The translations under genes were made by a program, and so were the position numbers. A model generated the notes under the pieces. It searched no databases, was not told the origin of the DNA, and saw only the letters and a list, made by a program, of their open reading frames with translations. This document shows, one piece after another, positions 26,225 through 38,600 of a stretch of DNA of 64,000 bases. Every line of letters starts with the position of its first letter. Positions within the stretch are counted from its first letter, which is position 1. This DNA is from Glaucostegus cemiculus (Eukaryota). The DNA is taken from positions 186,001-250,000 of the forward strand of contig CDPCPM010000020.1 in assembly GCA_976551045.1 (NCBI GenBank), in the 5' to 3' direction.

Positions 26225-26815
26225 AAGTTTATTGTTATAGACATACATAAGCAGGGTATAAATGCCGTGAAAATTAGGTTTTTTTTGCAGCTGTTCAGTA
26301 CATTACAAACATAAGTTAACCTGAATTTAAATTAACATAAATTCTACAACTTGCGTGACAAATAAACGTAATGACACTAGTGCAAGTTGAGAGAGAGCAA
26401 AAAGAAACGTAGCCCGAGTCAGTGTTAAGGTTTATCGGGTCAGTTCAAGACCCTGACGGCAGTGTGGAAGAAGCTGTTGTTGAATCTTGTGGTGTGGGTC
26501 TTCAGGCTTCTGTATCTCCTGCCTGATGGCAGCAATAAGAAGGTGGCGCGGCCCAGATGGTGGGGGTCCTTGATGATTGTCACCTACCTGAGACATCACC
26601 TCTTGTAGATGGCCTTGATGGTGGGGAGAGCTGTACCTGTGATAGAACTGGTTGAGTACACTATCTCTGTAGCCTCTTGTGCTCCTGTGCATCGGAGAGT
26701 CCATCTCAGGCTGTGATGAAACCAGTTAGAATGTTTGTTACTGTACATCTGTGGAAGTTTGTCAGAGTCTTCGACATGCTGAACCTCCTTAAACTTCTAA
26801 GAAAGTAGAAGTTCA
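26225..26815 (-). mobile_element. Rex1/Babar-type LINE 3' fragment
   Basis: Reverse strand IIKDPHH...LLPSGRRYRSLKTHTTRFNNSFF. Confidence 0.82.
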
Positions 26816-27077
26816 CCTACACTTCTTGGGTCCGAAGGAGGTGACTTGGCCTGCGTCTGGAACGTGGCAAAGAGTCCTACAGATTTTGCCTCCGTTATAT
26901 TATTGATATAGTCCCAGTATGCATTACTACTGTCTGTTAGTGTAATACACAATAGGGCAGATTTTTGTGGTGGTCGGCCTCGTTGCAGAAATATAAAATG
27001 GTGGTTCTCCCTGTGGGAACTTGTCAGAACTACTACATTTTCCAACACTGAATTGCAGTACTGTATTGATTCAGATG

Positions 27078-27330
27078 AATGAAGAAAGAATTGCATTTAT
27101 GAAGTGACTTTCGCGATCTTGGGACATTGCAAAGTGCTTTACAGCCAATGAATACTTTTTGAAGTGTTACCACCATTGTAGGATGTATGATGGCCAACTT
27201 GCACACAAGCTCCCACAAGCAAAGTGATGTTGACTGGTGGATAAATGGTGCTCACAACCATGGTTGGTCTCTGTGATAGACTTGGGATTTTTTTTTTCCT
27301 CTTAGCAGCCAGAAAGACCAGCTCAGGAGG
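27078..27330 (-). mobile_element. Deu-domain-like SINE fragment
   Basis: ttgcatttat...caaagtgctttacagccaatgaatactttttgaagtgt...ttgcacacaagctcccacaa. Confidence 0.65.
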
Positions 27331-27493
27331 GTAACATGAGACTAGCTTGGTTTACAGATTAACAAGATCACAAGATGAAATGTGTTTGAAATGACCTGTT
27401 CTAGTTTCCAATTTCTGTGAATTGACATTGGTCACCGGCAACAGATTGTTAAAACCCAAGTCATAATATATTTCTGGTTTTTTTTCATTTTAG

Positions 27494-27665
27494 CGAAGGA
27501 TGAGGCAAATTGTGGTGTGTGTGATGCTCCAGGGGATCTCCTGGACCTTCTCTTCTGTACCAGCTGTGGACTGCACTATCATGGTGCATGCCTGGAAATT
27601 GTAGTGACGCCAGTTAAGCGCGCTGGTTGGCAGTGTCCTGAGTGCAAAGTATGCCAGACTTGCAG
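27494..27665 (+). CDS. KMT2D: Coding exon 6 (PHD2 and start of PHD3)
   Basis: ttttag|CG ... CAG|GTATGT; 172 nt; CGVC...CTSCGLHYHGACL...KRAGWQCPECKVCQTC. Confidence 0.95.
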
Positions 27666-28033
27666 GTATGTAACTGTTTCCAGTAGACACAATCTGCATC
27701 AGTGATACGCTAATGTTAAGGGAAGCTGAATGAAAGTTTTAAAAAGATATATTATGCAATTAGAATATTAATAGTTGCAGGAAGAAAAAGCTAAACATAG
27801 TGGGTAATTAGTGTTCCCTTTGTCAAATCATTTTATTATATCTTGATTTATTTATATAGCTTTACTGTAGTATGTAGGCAATTTTCTGTTGGACTTTTTA
27901 TGTAATGGTGCTCATTAAGTAATGTAATACATTACTTGGAAAATTGGTGTTTACATTTATGATGTGTCAACAAAATACAGTAATATTATAGATTTGTGTA
28001 GATGAGGTTGTAACATCTATTGCATCCATGTAG

Positions 28034-28148
28034 GCAGCCTGGTGCGGACACAATGATGCTTGTGTGTGATGCGTGTGATAAGGGCTATCATACGTTTTGT
28101 TTGAAACCAGCAATGGAGTCGCTGCCTACTGATAGCTGGAAATGCAAG
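28034..28148 (+). CDS. KMT2D: Coding exon 7 (PHD3: MLVCDACDKGYHTFCLKP...WKCK)
   Basis: atgtag|G ... AAG|GTGGGT; 115 nt. Confidence 0.95.
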
Positions 28149-28329
28149 GTGGGTCTATATGTGTATTCTTTTAGAAGTGGATGTAGATGACAGTACAGTC
28201 ATGTTCATAGAGTGGTGTGCATGATGACTTCAGTCTGTTGTGTATGTTTGATTTACGACTAGGTAGGCATTCCTTTAAAGCTCCATTGTCTGAACTTTAT
28301 CACGTACAATGAATCCCACCATAGTGTTT

Positions 28330-28655
28330 GAGAAATTGCAAAACTCTTGGCTAAGCTCACTTGCTTTTGACTATCAGGAATTCCGGGATGACTCTTTCCG
28401 ATCACATTAAAATTTTCTAAGCATCCTGTTACTATTTCCTTACTAATAGATTTGAGCACTTCCCCTACTACTGACAACAGGCTTGCTGGTCTGTAGTCCC
28501 CAATTTTCTTTCCTCCTCCTTTCATAAGTGGTGAGTTTTTTAAAAACCAATCCCAATATGTCAGAGCTCTTCTGGAACCTATGAAACTTTGCAAGATGAT
28601 GAACAGTTTGTCTGCCAGCTCCTCCACCACTTCTTTCAAAACCTTGTTATGAAAG
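28330..28655 (-). mobile_element. CR1 RT fragment
   Basis: ORF 28259..28639: KEVVEELA...GDYRPASLLSVVGEVLKSI. Confidence 0.8.
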
Positions 28656-29461
28656 GCATTACTGTGAATGTAACAGAAAAATTTAAATTTTTACCTACTC
28701 AATTTCATTTGTTTCTTTTCATCTGTTTTTTAAAAGAAAAAGATCATCATTGATGGAGTCTGTTAAACTTTATTCTTGTGCATTCTTACTGGAAAATGAG
28801 ATTTGTACATCTAGGCACTTGATGGTTGGCACGGACGCAGGGGCCAAAGAGCTGGTTTATACTGTATGACTCTGGGAATCTTTGAAATTTGCACGACAGA
28901 AAGACCATTCAGATCAGTGTCCTTGCAGGCCAAAAGAGGAGATATTTTATAAATCCTACTTCCTGACTCTTTGTCCATAGCCTTGTAGGTTATGGCACTT
29001 CAAATGTTCTTTTTACATGTTTCAAGTGTTTCTGCTTCCAGCTTATGGGCCCATGTGTTGCCATCATTTTCCTGCTCTTTCATTTATGAAGCATTGCTCT
29101 GATCTGGCAGCTCAAGCTGAGAAATGACCCAGCTGACCTCAAGATTGTCATACAACATTGACTATGTTTTCTCTTGCCGTTACATGATTCATTAATGTGC
29201 TTAGATGGAATGAATCACTGAAAAATTGGATTCACTACTGTAGTTGTAGTGACTGAAGCTCAATACTTTTATATAAAAACCACTCTACCTCCTTACCTGA
29301 AATTTTGGTATAGCACATACTGTATGTATTTTTATGTGCACCATTATGTGCACCTGGCAGCCACCTTCCATCTAAACAATTGACTAAATATGAGGGTAAA
29401 GTATTTTTTTAGGAACCTTGTCAATGGAAGTTCTTTTTCCCCATATTTTCTTACTATATAG

Positions 29462-29750
29462 TGGGAGGCCATTCAGCCCATCGAGTCTGTCAGGTACTTA
29501 GCAGTCCCATAATCCCCCTTATTTCCCTCACACTTTTTTCTCTCACACACCCATTGTGATATTCTTACTGCCCATCAACACTGGGGGTCATTTACAACAG
29601 CCAGCTAACCGACCAGCAGATCATCTTTGAGATGCATTGGGAAACCTATGCAGTCACAGGACAAATCTGCAAACTCCAAGTAGCACCAAGGATCAAGGGT
29701 TACTGGAGCTGCGAGGCAGCAGTGCCAGCTGCTCTACCACAGTGCTGCCC
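29462..29750 (-). mobile_element. V-SINE (HE1-like), decayed
   Basis: ggaggccattcagcccatcgagtctg...gcagtcacaggacaaatctgcaaactcca...ctggagctgcgaggcagcagtgc...ccacagtgctgccc. Confidence 0.75.
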
Positions 29751-30168
29751 TAGTTGCCATTAGCAGGAGAACAAAAACCTCTGGGTAATTGGTCTTTTAT
29801 TTTCATCTGGTGTGGTCAAGTAATAGTGCATCTTATGAGGTGGCTTGATGAGGAAAAGGACTTAAAGATGTTTATTTATTTTGAAACTTTGTGTTGGGAA
29901 TCTACTCCTTTTGCATTCTAAGATATCATGTGACTTGCTCCCATTCTGTCCATGTGGAAAGTGGGCAGGTGGTTTGGTGGTAGGGTAGTTTGGGTTGACA
30001 TGATTTGTGTTTCCTTTTCAGTATGACAATAGTGAGAGACAAAGTCCTGCGTTGGGCTTAATTTTCAATGCAGCTGGTGAAACTGTTCCAACTTTTATTT
30101 TTCCTCATTGAGAAACTGTACTGGTTACCGTTAAGTCAAATTGTTAAAAGACTTGTTCTTTTCTGCAG

Positions 30169-30356
30169 AACTGTCGTGTGTGCAGTGATTGTGGTTCAAG
30201 ATCTGCAGGGAAACATGCCAATATACAGTGGCATCAGAACTACTCTGTTTGTGAGAAATGTTACTGGCAAAAGAACAGGGATAGTGCTGTGTGTACGATA
30301 TGTGGTAAAACAAATGGACAAACAGATGACACTTTAAACTGCCATATCTGCCAAAA
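30169..30356 (+). CDS. KMT2D: Coding exon 8 (NCRVCSDC...WHQNYSVCEKC...CTICGK...CHICQ)
   Basis: ctgcag|AAC ... AAA|GTAAGT; 188 nt, phase 0 to 2. Confidence 0.92.
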
Positions 30357-31041
30357 GTAAGTGGCTTCTGACAGTGGTTATTAATTTGGTGTGGAAAAAC
30401 TGTTCTGCTAGCAGCAGCCATCATTGTCAATCGTTTCCATAATAAATCACATCGTAGTGTATGTACTTTCTCTGAAATGATTTGTTTTTTTCTCCCCCTC
30501 TTATTTAGTGGAAATGTATTTGGATTCCAAGTGAATGTTGGTGAAGTTTAATATTTTTCAACCAAGAATGTAGATGAAGTTTTGTATATAATTTTCCTTG
30601 CAGTAACCATCCCATTTAACACAACGGTTTTCTGATAGTGCTCATACTCGACACGAACCTACTTCCACTTGGTTGATTTTATTTTTATATATACTCGCTT
30701 CTTTTAATCTTCACATTAACTGTTCTTGCATTCAGTATCTTTCAATTAGTTTTAAGGGATATCTTGTTTTTTTTCTTGCGTCTTAAGAGTCCCTCAGTCC
30801 TTAAGCTAAAAGTCTTATTTGGAGTGTCAGATCAGCATGTGGTGTCACTGGTGCTTGTCCGCAACTCTCCCTCTGCAGTGGGGAAGAGCTTAATATTTTT
30901 GTTATTCCAATTTGCTATCAGGCATTCAAATAATAATAGTGACTCTGAATAGGATTGAATTGTAATGATATTCCTTCGAGTATTTCATTTGTACGTCTAT
31001 TTTATCTTGTCAGTTTAAAGTTCTATATTTTTCATTCTCAG

Positions 31042-31193
31042 GTGGATCCATGCAGACTGTGGCCCTTCATCTCTCAATTTGCCAGGGCAACAGTACACAT
31101 GTCCAATGTGTAAAAACCCACTGCAAAATACAGGGCTTTCATCTCCTGAGCCTGTTGATGAAAGGCAATTAAAACTTGAGTCAGTGGCATCAG
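31042..31193 (+). CDS. KMT2D: Coding exon 9 (WIHADC...YTCPMCK)
   Basis: tctcag|G ... CAG|GTATGA; 152 nt; completes a C4HC3 PHD begun in exon 8. Confidence 0.9.
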
Positions 31194-33651
31194 GTATGAG
31201 TTAATAGATTTACTTGTTTGCTCTGAAAAATGTAATTGCACTGGCCTGGCAACAATGAAAATGTTCTTGCAGGCTAAGTCACAAAGAATGTAAATATTTA
31301 TACTCTTCTGCTGGTACCAAAGAGTTACTCAATCATGTGAGGTCATAGCAAGTGAACACCATACTCAAGACAATACAGATTGGCTTGTTTAAAGCATAAA
31401 TAAAATCAAGAAAAACTCTGCACCAGCCATTCTAGCAATGAACTGCTATTATTCAAGTGGACCAGGGAGGAGAGTGGCTAAAGACCAGGAACTCTGTACG
31501 TTTTATTTGATCACTTGGATGCTGCTGCACTGCAGACTTTCAGTAATAGCACTGTAACCTTGAAGGAATTGGAGCTGCGACCTTCAATGTGTTGTCATGT
31601 TGCCTTTGAATGCATGTTTAATTTGATTGGCAATGAATGTAACATAGTCAAAGCAGCATTTAGTCCTTCAGTCATTTGGATGAAATTTGGACCTGCAACA
31701 TTCAGCAATGTTGTGTTTTAATGCAGATTTCATTAAGGAGTTGTACTATCCTTGTGATGTCCATTCATTGGGGATGAGAACTTTCTGACGTTTGACAGAA
31801 TTCCCACATTCTGGTTATTAAATTCCGATATTGTAAATGGCTCTTTGGCTACCCAGTTTACCATTATAGATACAGCAAACGATATATGGCCCATGGGCTA
31901 CATCTGGCCCATTGGATGGGACCATCCAGCTCATGAGCTCTTACCGTCCTTTTTGCTCTGTGAAGTCTCCTGTCCCATCTGCTGCTTACTGTGCGAGCTG
32001 CCCTTACCAAAGACTTGCCAACAGTTAACTGGAAATCTGCAAGACAAACCCAACTCCTTAAAAGGATCACTATTTGGCAGAAGCATGAGTTGACAAGGAG
32101 GATGTTGGGATCAGGAACCTGATGCCAGGCCTGGGAAGCACGGAGTTGAGGATCACATCAGGCCCAGTCACATCTTCCGGATCTGAACCAAGATGGGTCC
32201 CTATTCAGCTATACTGCACTGGTGGGCACATGTCTGCCAGTGTAGAACTTTGGAGTACAGTAGGGTGGGGTCGGGTCTCTTGGTGACACTAATTTCAGTT
32301 TTAGTGAGCTCTCGTTAAAGAATTGGTACAGATGTAATTTCTGTAAGATTCTTTGAATTACCATCCATGGCCATGGTCTCCCTGACAGATTTTTCTTTTA
32401 TCGGAGATAGGCATGTATGCATCAACTTGAAGTACAATAATTAGGACAGGAGGACAGGGAGGAAATGCTTAGCTTCTTGACTTATGGGACCAAGAAATCT
32501 TTACTCTCTACCCTCTAAAGAAGGTGTGAACAGCTAGCTAGCTGGGGAAGGGGGGGGGGGGGTGTGGGTCAGAAGAAAAAGGTTTTTTTTCTTGTTAGTA
32601 GGCCTTGGAAGTGTTTTTTGGATTAAAAATCTTGTCAAAGGCTCCTACTTTAAATGAGCTGCCACTCTCCCAGCCAAGTTCAGATATGAGCAGGCATTCC
32701 AAAGCCTGGTTTTTTTTGCACTATTTCCAATTGCATGGTATTTACAGAGTTCCTTATCTTTGGCCACTCTCATCCCTGGCCCATTTGAATAATAGCAGTT
32801 CATTGCTAGGATGGTTGGTGCAGAGTTCTTCCTTTATGTTTTAACAAGCCAGTCCTTATAGTTTTGAGTATGGTGTTCACTTGCTATGACTTCTCATGTC
32901 AAGATTTCATGTAGCTCTTTTGTACCAGCAGAAGAGTATTAAATGTCTACATTTTATAGCGGTAATTCAATCTGCAAATGGTTAATATTGAGGTGGACCA
33001 CTTGCCAGGAGATGGCACTCTGGCACAGAATGAGTTACCCAGCTGCCACTTTTTTTTTCTCCTTGCCTCCACTGCTCCTGATTTTTCTGTGTTATGTAGA
33101 TTGCTTGCTCCTTTTTTTTGCAGCTTTTTTCGGATATAATTTTCAGTATCCCATACATGCATTCCACTTGGTTGGCTGGTATTTATGACACCAAAGTAGA
33201 AGATTTTAAGTAGTAAAGCGTTGTGATTCTTAGGTAGAAGATTCTGTTTTGCTCTGTTATCTGTTAATTCGTAAGGACCACTTGACGTTTGCTAGTCCAC
33301 ATTTTTAAAAAAATGCAACTTCATTGCGTGGTGAAGTACTTGAAGGGTTCAGTCTATACCTATATTGCAGCAGAATGAATGGCAGGCTGCTTTGCATGCC
33401 ATTCTGAGCTAACAAGTGAAGTATAATAGAAGTCATGAGATGACTTTTTGCATATCCTCTCCAGTGGTATTGTTTAGATCAAGAAGTGAGGATTGAACTT
33501 GTCATAGCCTGTAGTATTGCAAATTAATGCTTTAAAAAGCTGCACCATTGTTACAATAATTTCTGAGTCAAAAGACTGCTCATGAAATCTCTGGGGATCT
33601 TTAAAATCATTATTTTAAGCAACCTGAAATGTATTATTTTCTGCTGAGCAG

Positions 33652-33762
33652 AGAAAATGAAAGAACAAACTGAGTGGACTGGAAGCCAGCAAAAGGACTT
33701 GAAACCACAAGAACAATTGATGAATGAATGTGTTGCTGAAGACTCTTTGCACGAACAGGAGG
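33652..33762 (+). CDS. KMT2D: Coding exon 10 (EKMKEQTEWTGSQQKD...LHEQE)
   Basis: gagcag|AG ... AGG|GTGAGA; 111 nt, open, purine-rich, symmetric phase 1-1. No motif homology, so the call rests on splice signals. Confidence 0.65.
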
Positions 33763-34603
33763 GTGAGAAGTCTGCTTTTAAACTGAGGTTGTCTAATTGG
33801 TTTTGATGTGTGCCTCTGGCTTATAACTTTCATTTTTCATGTCCCTTTGTACAAGTGAATTTATTTCCATCAGAAAAGATCAAATAGTTTCAATATCTTA
33901 TTGCCTAAAATATCCATTCTGTCTTAGTTTTTGATCAGCTACAATCATTTTGATTGCACTTTCATGTTTTTGAGTATGGAAGTCCAGAATAAAAGAATAG
34001 GATGGTGCATTGGTTGCAGAGGGTGTAGCTTGGTTGTGATTTTTCTCCTGACCATGCCCTCGGTACCCTGCTGATTTTTCACCATTCAGACCACCTGGGA
34101 TGATGTTGGAATATGACCATTGCTAGGAAAAGCAGAGCACAGTAGGAATTAATGCTTTCAGGTATGCATTAACTTGAATTGAGAGAAAGCGAAAGGAATT
34201 TGGCATGTGGTGTGTGTGGAAGGGAATAGAATTATAATTCTGGGTTAAATTGGCAGGCATTCTACCACTGTTTTCTCAAGTACCTATGTTTCTAAATTTA
34301 TCTGAAGTTTTAGCCAAATGTTCTTTTTGAAATGTGTTATTAGATTATTCCACCTCACACAAGTTGTAATGGAAATTTTGAAGACTTACTACTACATCAA
34401 ACCAAATAACTACTGCACTATGTACTTAGGTTCCATTGATTTCAAGAACTCCTCTGCTCTTCAAACTCAGTTTATGATAATTTGACTTTTGAAAAATATC
34501 AATGGCACATTTATCAAGAATGTTGCAAAAGGAACAGGAGATCAATAATATTGGTATTGGTGATAGAGGGCTAACCACTACTGTACTAATTTTTGTTTTG
34601 TAG

Positions 34604-35715
34604 ATTCTATCAAAACAGTCAGTAATGTGGAACTGGAAAATCCAAAACAACAAATATCAGAAGTTAACACTGTGGAGCAGGTGGATTCTCAATCTCTTGG
34701 TTCTTTGGAGGAAAATGGAGTTAGGGTCTCAACTTTGGAGAAAGAATTTGAACATGAAAAGCCCATTGAAGGATTTCATTCTTCTCATAACACAGGGATT
34801 CATAAGACTTCTGAAACTGAGACACATAGTCCACAATCTGAGAGCATTAGAAGCTCAGTGGAGTCTCCCTCTGCAGAAAAAGAGCTTGTAGAACACTTCA
34901 GTTCAGATAAGACAGACCAACCAGAACCCTTCTTACAGACACAGGAAACAAAAATGGAAAGCTCAGTTTCTCTTCTGGACCAGGCAGAGATTTGCATTAA
35001 TGCAGATGTTGATGCTAGTCCCAATAGTTCCATTCCACAGGAGACAAAAGCCAATCACCTCACCACAGACCCTGACCTGATGGATTCTGTCAGTATTTCT
35101 GCTGAAACACAGTTAGATGGTGCCTCCTTTGTTTTAATCAAGCAGGGGACTGACAAAATCCACAAAGATAAAACTGAACTCTGTGATATTCCTGCTGATT
35201 CAACTTGTGACTCTGTGGATAGAGGTGAAGTTTCTGACATGGTGTCCGATAGAATGGAGAACAAGGGAGATCCTGTTGAGATGGACATAAATGATGATGT
35301 GACTCCTATGGAGGTTGTACCTGCAGGAAATAGGCTGAAGGCTGAGCAAGACGCTCAGATGGAAGTGCAGGATGCTGCAAATGCAGACCCTGCCTGTAAC
35401 ATGCTAATTAAGTCTGAGATTGTGGAGGAAATGTCAAATCAAAGTCAAACTGACTCAAATAGCACCTGCTTGGAACCAGATTTTTCAAATACTTTGGACC
35501 GTGATGCAGGCTTGGTTCCAATGGATGTTTGTATGACGGCAACAGATGATATTTCTCCAAGGGTGGAAGATGAGGCTGAAAAATTAAATTCAGACCTGCG
35601 GCTGACAGAAACAGAAGATTCCTTGCCAGCTGATCCTGGTATGATGAAGGGCGAATCTGGCAAGCCTGCAGTTATGAAGAGACGTTTCTCACCAGGTCGG
35701 CCTCGAGTCAAACAG
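34604..35715 (+). CDS. KMT2D: Coding exon 11, large acidic low-complexity linker ending KRRFSPGRPRVKQ
   Basis: Branch-like tactaat plus ttgtag|AT ... CAG|GTGAGG; 1112 nt open (ORF 34627..35784), phase 1 to 0. Confidence 0.92.
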
Positions 35716-37289
35716 GTGAGGGTGGGGGGGGGGGGGAAGTGGTTGTTTTGCCTTAAGGCAGTTAAAATGGGAATAAGGTTATGAATTAAGGTGATTAAAT
35801 GTGTAGGCATGTGAGTGTACACACACTATTTTTCTCCCCTTGAAAATTTTGGCTTGTTGAAGCCAATTGTAAGTCAGCTAATGAGGCATGCTTGGGTATC
35901 AAGCAAGTTGTTGCATGGTCTGTGAAGTTTACAGAGCAGAAGGAAATCTATTCCACCTGCTGGGTCACTGCTGGAGTGATCCAAAACTAATCCCCCACTG
36001 CTCTTCTTCCTCCTGCTTCAAATAATTATTTAATTTTCCTTTCAAAACATAAGCATCTTTTTTTCCTCTCATTGGTTTTTGTGACAGTCCTAAGTTCGTT
36101 TCTCATTGCAGAATCACTGAACTAAGGGAAATAGTCTTTCCCTGTTCACCACATCAAAGCTGTTCACAATTTTTGTTAGCCTCTTAGCTGACTTCGAGCC
36201 TTTTCTGTTGTGGTACAAATAGTATATCAAGTAGCATCTTGTATCTATTGTTTCTTGTCTTTGGTATTTTCTTGCTGTACATTCTCTATGGCTTTCTTGC
36301 TGACTTTGGTCCAGCCAATGTTTGTTTAATCCATCGTTACTTTTGTCTCATAAAATGCTGCTATTTTTTTTTAAAAAGTACTGTTGTCCCTTTATGGCTA
36401 GATCTACCAACATTTGAACCTTCAGGGAATCATGTGTTTGGACCTAGATCTGCTGTCTCATATTTTTATTCAGTATACTCTTGCGTTGCAGCCATTTACG
36501 TTATGGAACCTCACAAAACACTGCCCAGAAATTTGAGACATGGAATAAGATTCACTTTCACGGAATTTGCATGGACAAAAAAGTGAATAAATCAACACAA
36601 TTTATTTCTCTTTATATTGTATTTCTTGACACATAAGCAGATGATGCAGCTTCGCATTACGGAAAATTGCGATACAGACCATTTTCTTGGAGCAAAACCC
36701 CTCCTCCCCACCCCCCAAATGCTGGAGTCACCTGTATTACCTCATACTAAATGATTCTACCACCTGTTGCCCATTTTGCCTATTTGTCTGTCATCCTGAA
36801 ATGTTTTGCGGTCCTTGTCTAATAATTCTCCATTTCTGTCAACAACCACTGTGTCCCCTGCTTCCCTAAGTCAGTACCTTTCAGTTTTATCTTTTCGTTG
36901 CACTGTCTCCAACTCATGTTATTTACAAAGCTTGCCTCCTGCTTGCTTGATCCCGTTTAGGTGAAATTGCTGCATACTGGCTCGTTGCTGGTGAACTATA
37001 AATGGTTCCCTTTTTTGATTGTTCCCCAAAGTGACTATCATCAGCCCTCCTCCAAAAGACCCATCCTTGACCTCTGCTTATAAACTACTACTCCATTTTC
37101 AACGTCCCTTTCTTCTGCTCGAAACAGATTGCCTTCCACTGAGTGTTCATACTTCTGAGAGCATCGTTTTTTAATATTTCTAATCAGATTTTTTGCCTCT
37201 GCCATAACAGTCAAATGGCCTGAATCAAACACACAAGCAAAATGTTTCAGATGTTTAAAATCTGAAATAATAGAAGTATACAAAAGGTC

Positions 37290-37520
37290 ATGGGTACTTG
37301 AGAACCGAAGTAGGTCATGTGGCCCCTTGAGCCTGCTCAGCCACTTGATTTGGTTTTGGCTTTATTTCCACTTTCTTTCTGCCCGATAACCTTTCACGCC
37401 CTGCTTATCAAATATCTATCTACCTCTCACTTATTGTTCAAAGATTTGGCTTCCCCCATCTCTTGAGGAAAAGAGTTCCAAAGAATCATAACCCACTAAG
37501 AAAATTTTACCTCATTTAAT
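37290..37520 (-). mobile_element. CR1 3' end
   Basis: gaagtaggtcatgtggccccttgagcctgctc...atctatctacctc...gagttccaaaga. Confidence 0.65.
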
Positions 37521-38034
37521 CTTGTAGTTATTCTTGGTTGTTTTATATGTTCTGTCCAATCATCTCACCTGCCAACTTTTAAAGAAATTGCACAATCATG
37601 TGCTATTTCTTTGAGCTTGATGGTATCTTTAAATTTATTCAATTAACCATGGATGATAGGTCCTCCCCTTGGATTTTTTATTTCTTGTTAGAATGTATCT
37701 ATTCTGTGCATTCTGAAAGATCACCTTAAATATCTGAATCTCAGTTGACTGATCCCTTGACCTAATTTGTCATTTTGCCTATTGCAGATGTGTTCATCCT
37801 GGATCACATTGGTGTCCAGGAGCTCCCACATGCTGCAGTCGCACACATAGCCACCTGTCCTGTCTTGTTTAATTTATGAATTAACTAAATTATTTTACAA
37901 TTATTTGCAGGAAAGCAGCATCTGTATGGGAAGCGGGGGAATTACTTTCACCCTGAGGCTTACCACCCGAATGCCTCTAATCAGTGACCGTAATCAAAGT
38001 CACAAATGTCAATCATGATGACTCTGGGTTATGG

Positions 38035-38360
38035 CAATAAAGACTTGCATTTGTATTGCACCTTTCATATTTTCAATGTCCCAAAACACTTATATAGTTT
38101 GTTTATAGCTATTTTGTAATATAGAAAGCACAGGAGGTTCAAATAGCAATAGAATGATGACTAGGTAGTTCTGGGCAAAACTCCTGATGAAGGGTCTTGA
38201 CCCGAAACATCCAGATAATTGTTTTTTGTTGTGGTATTCATTGAAGGATAGATGTTGGTTGAAATACCAATGGGATTGTTTGCATGCCTTATCCATTTAA
38301 TTACACATCCTAAAGTGCAGCACTCCCTCAATACTGCACTGGAAATGATTGTAACTAATT
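38035..38360 (-). mobile_element. Deu-domain-like SINE interrupted by a ~50-nt insert
   Basis: gacttgcatttgtattgcacctttca...atgatgac / cagataatt...gtgcagcactccctcaatactgcactgga. Confidence 0.6.
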
Positions 38361-38384
38361 TTCTTTTTGCTGTTTGAGCACATT

Positions 38385-38600
38385 TAATGCTGGAGCCACT
38401 TTGCTCGCTGTGCCTTGACAAGAACATCCACAGGTATAGGATTATTATTTATGTGTCTGCTGACAAAACCCAATTCTACCTCTCAAGTATCATCGCTGTA
38501 TCCACTTCAGTACTGCAGTTATTGGAATGCTTGTACAATATTCAACACTGGATGAGCCACCAGTCATTTGGCACCACAAATAGGATTTGTCAGTTTTCAA
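38385..38600 (+). mobile_element. L2-clade RT fragment
   Basis: VSADKTQFYLS (YADDTQ-like) and LECLYNIQHWMS. Confidence 0.65.

Noticed and set aside
34800-35822. Antisense ORFs over the large exon (also 42672..43130)
   Set aside because: Shadows of the sense coding frame or chance ORFs without homology.
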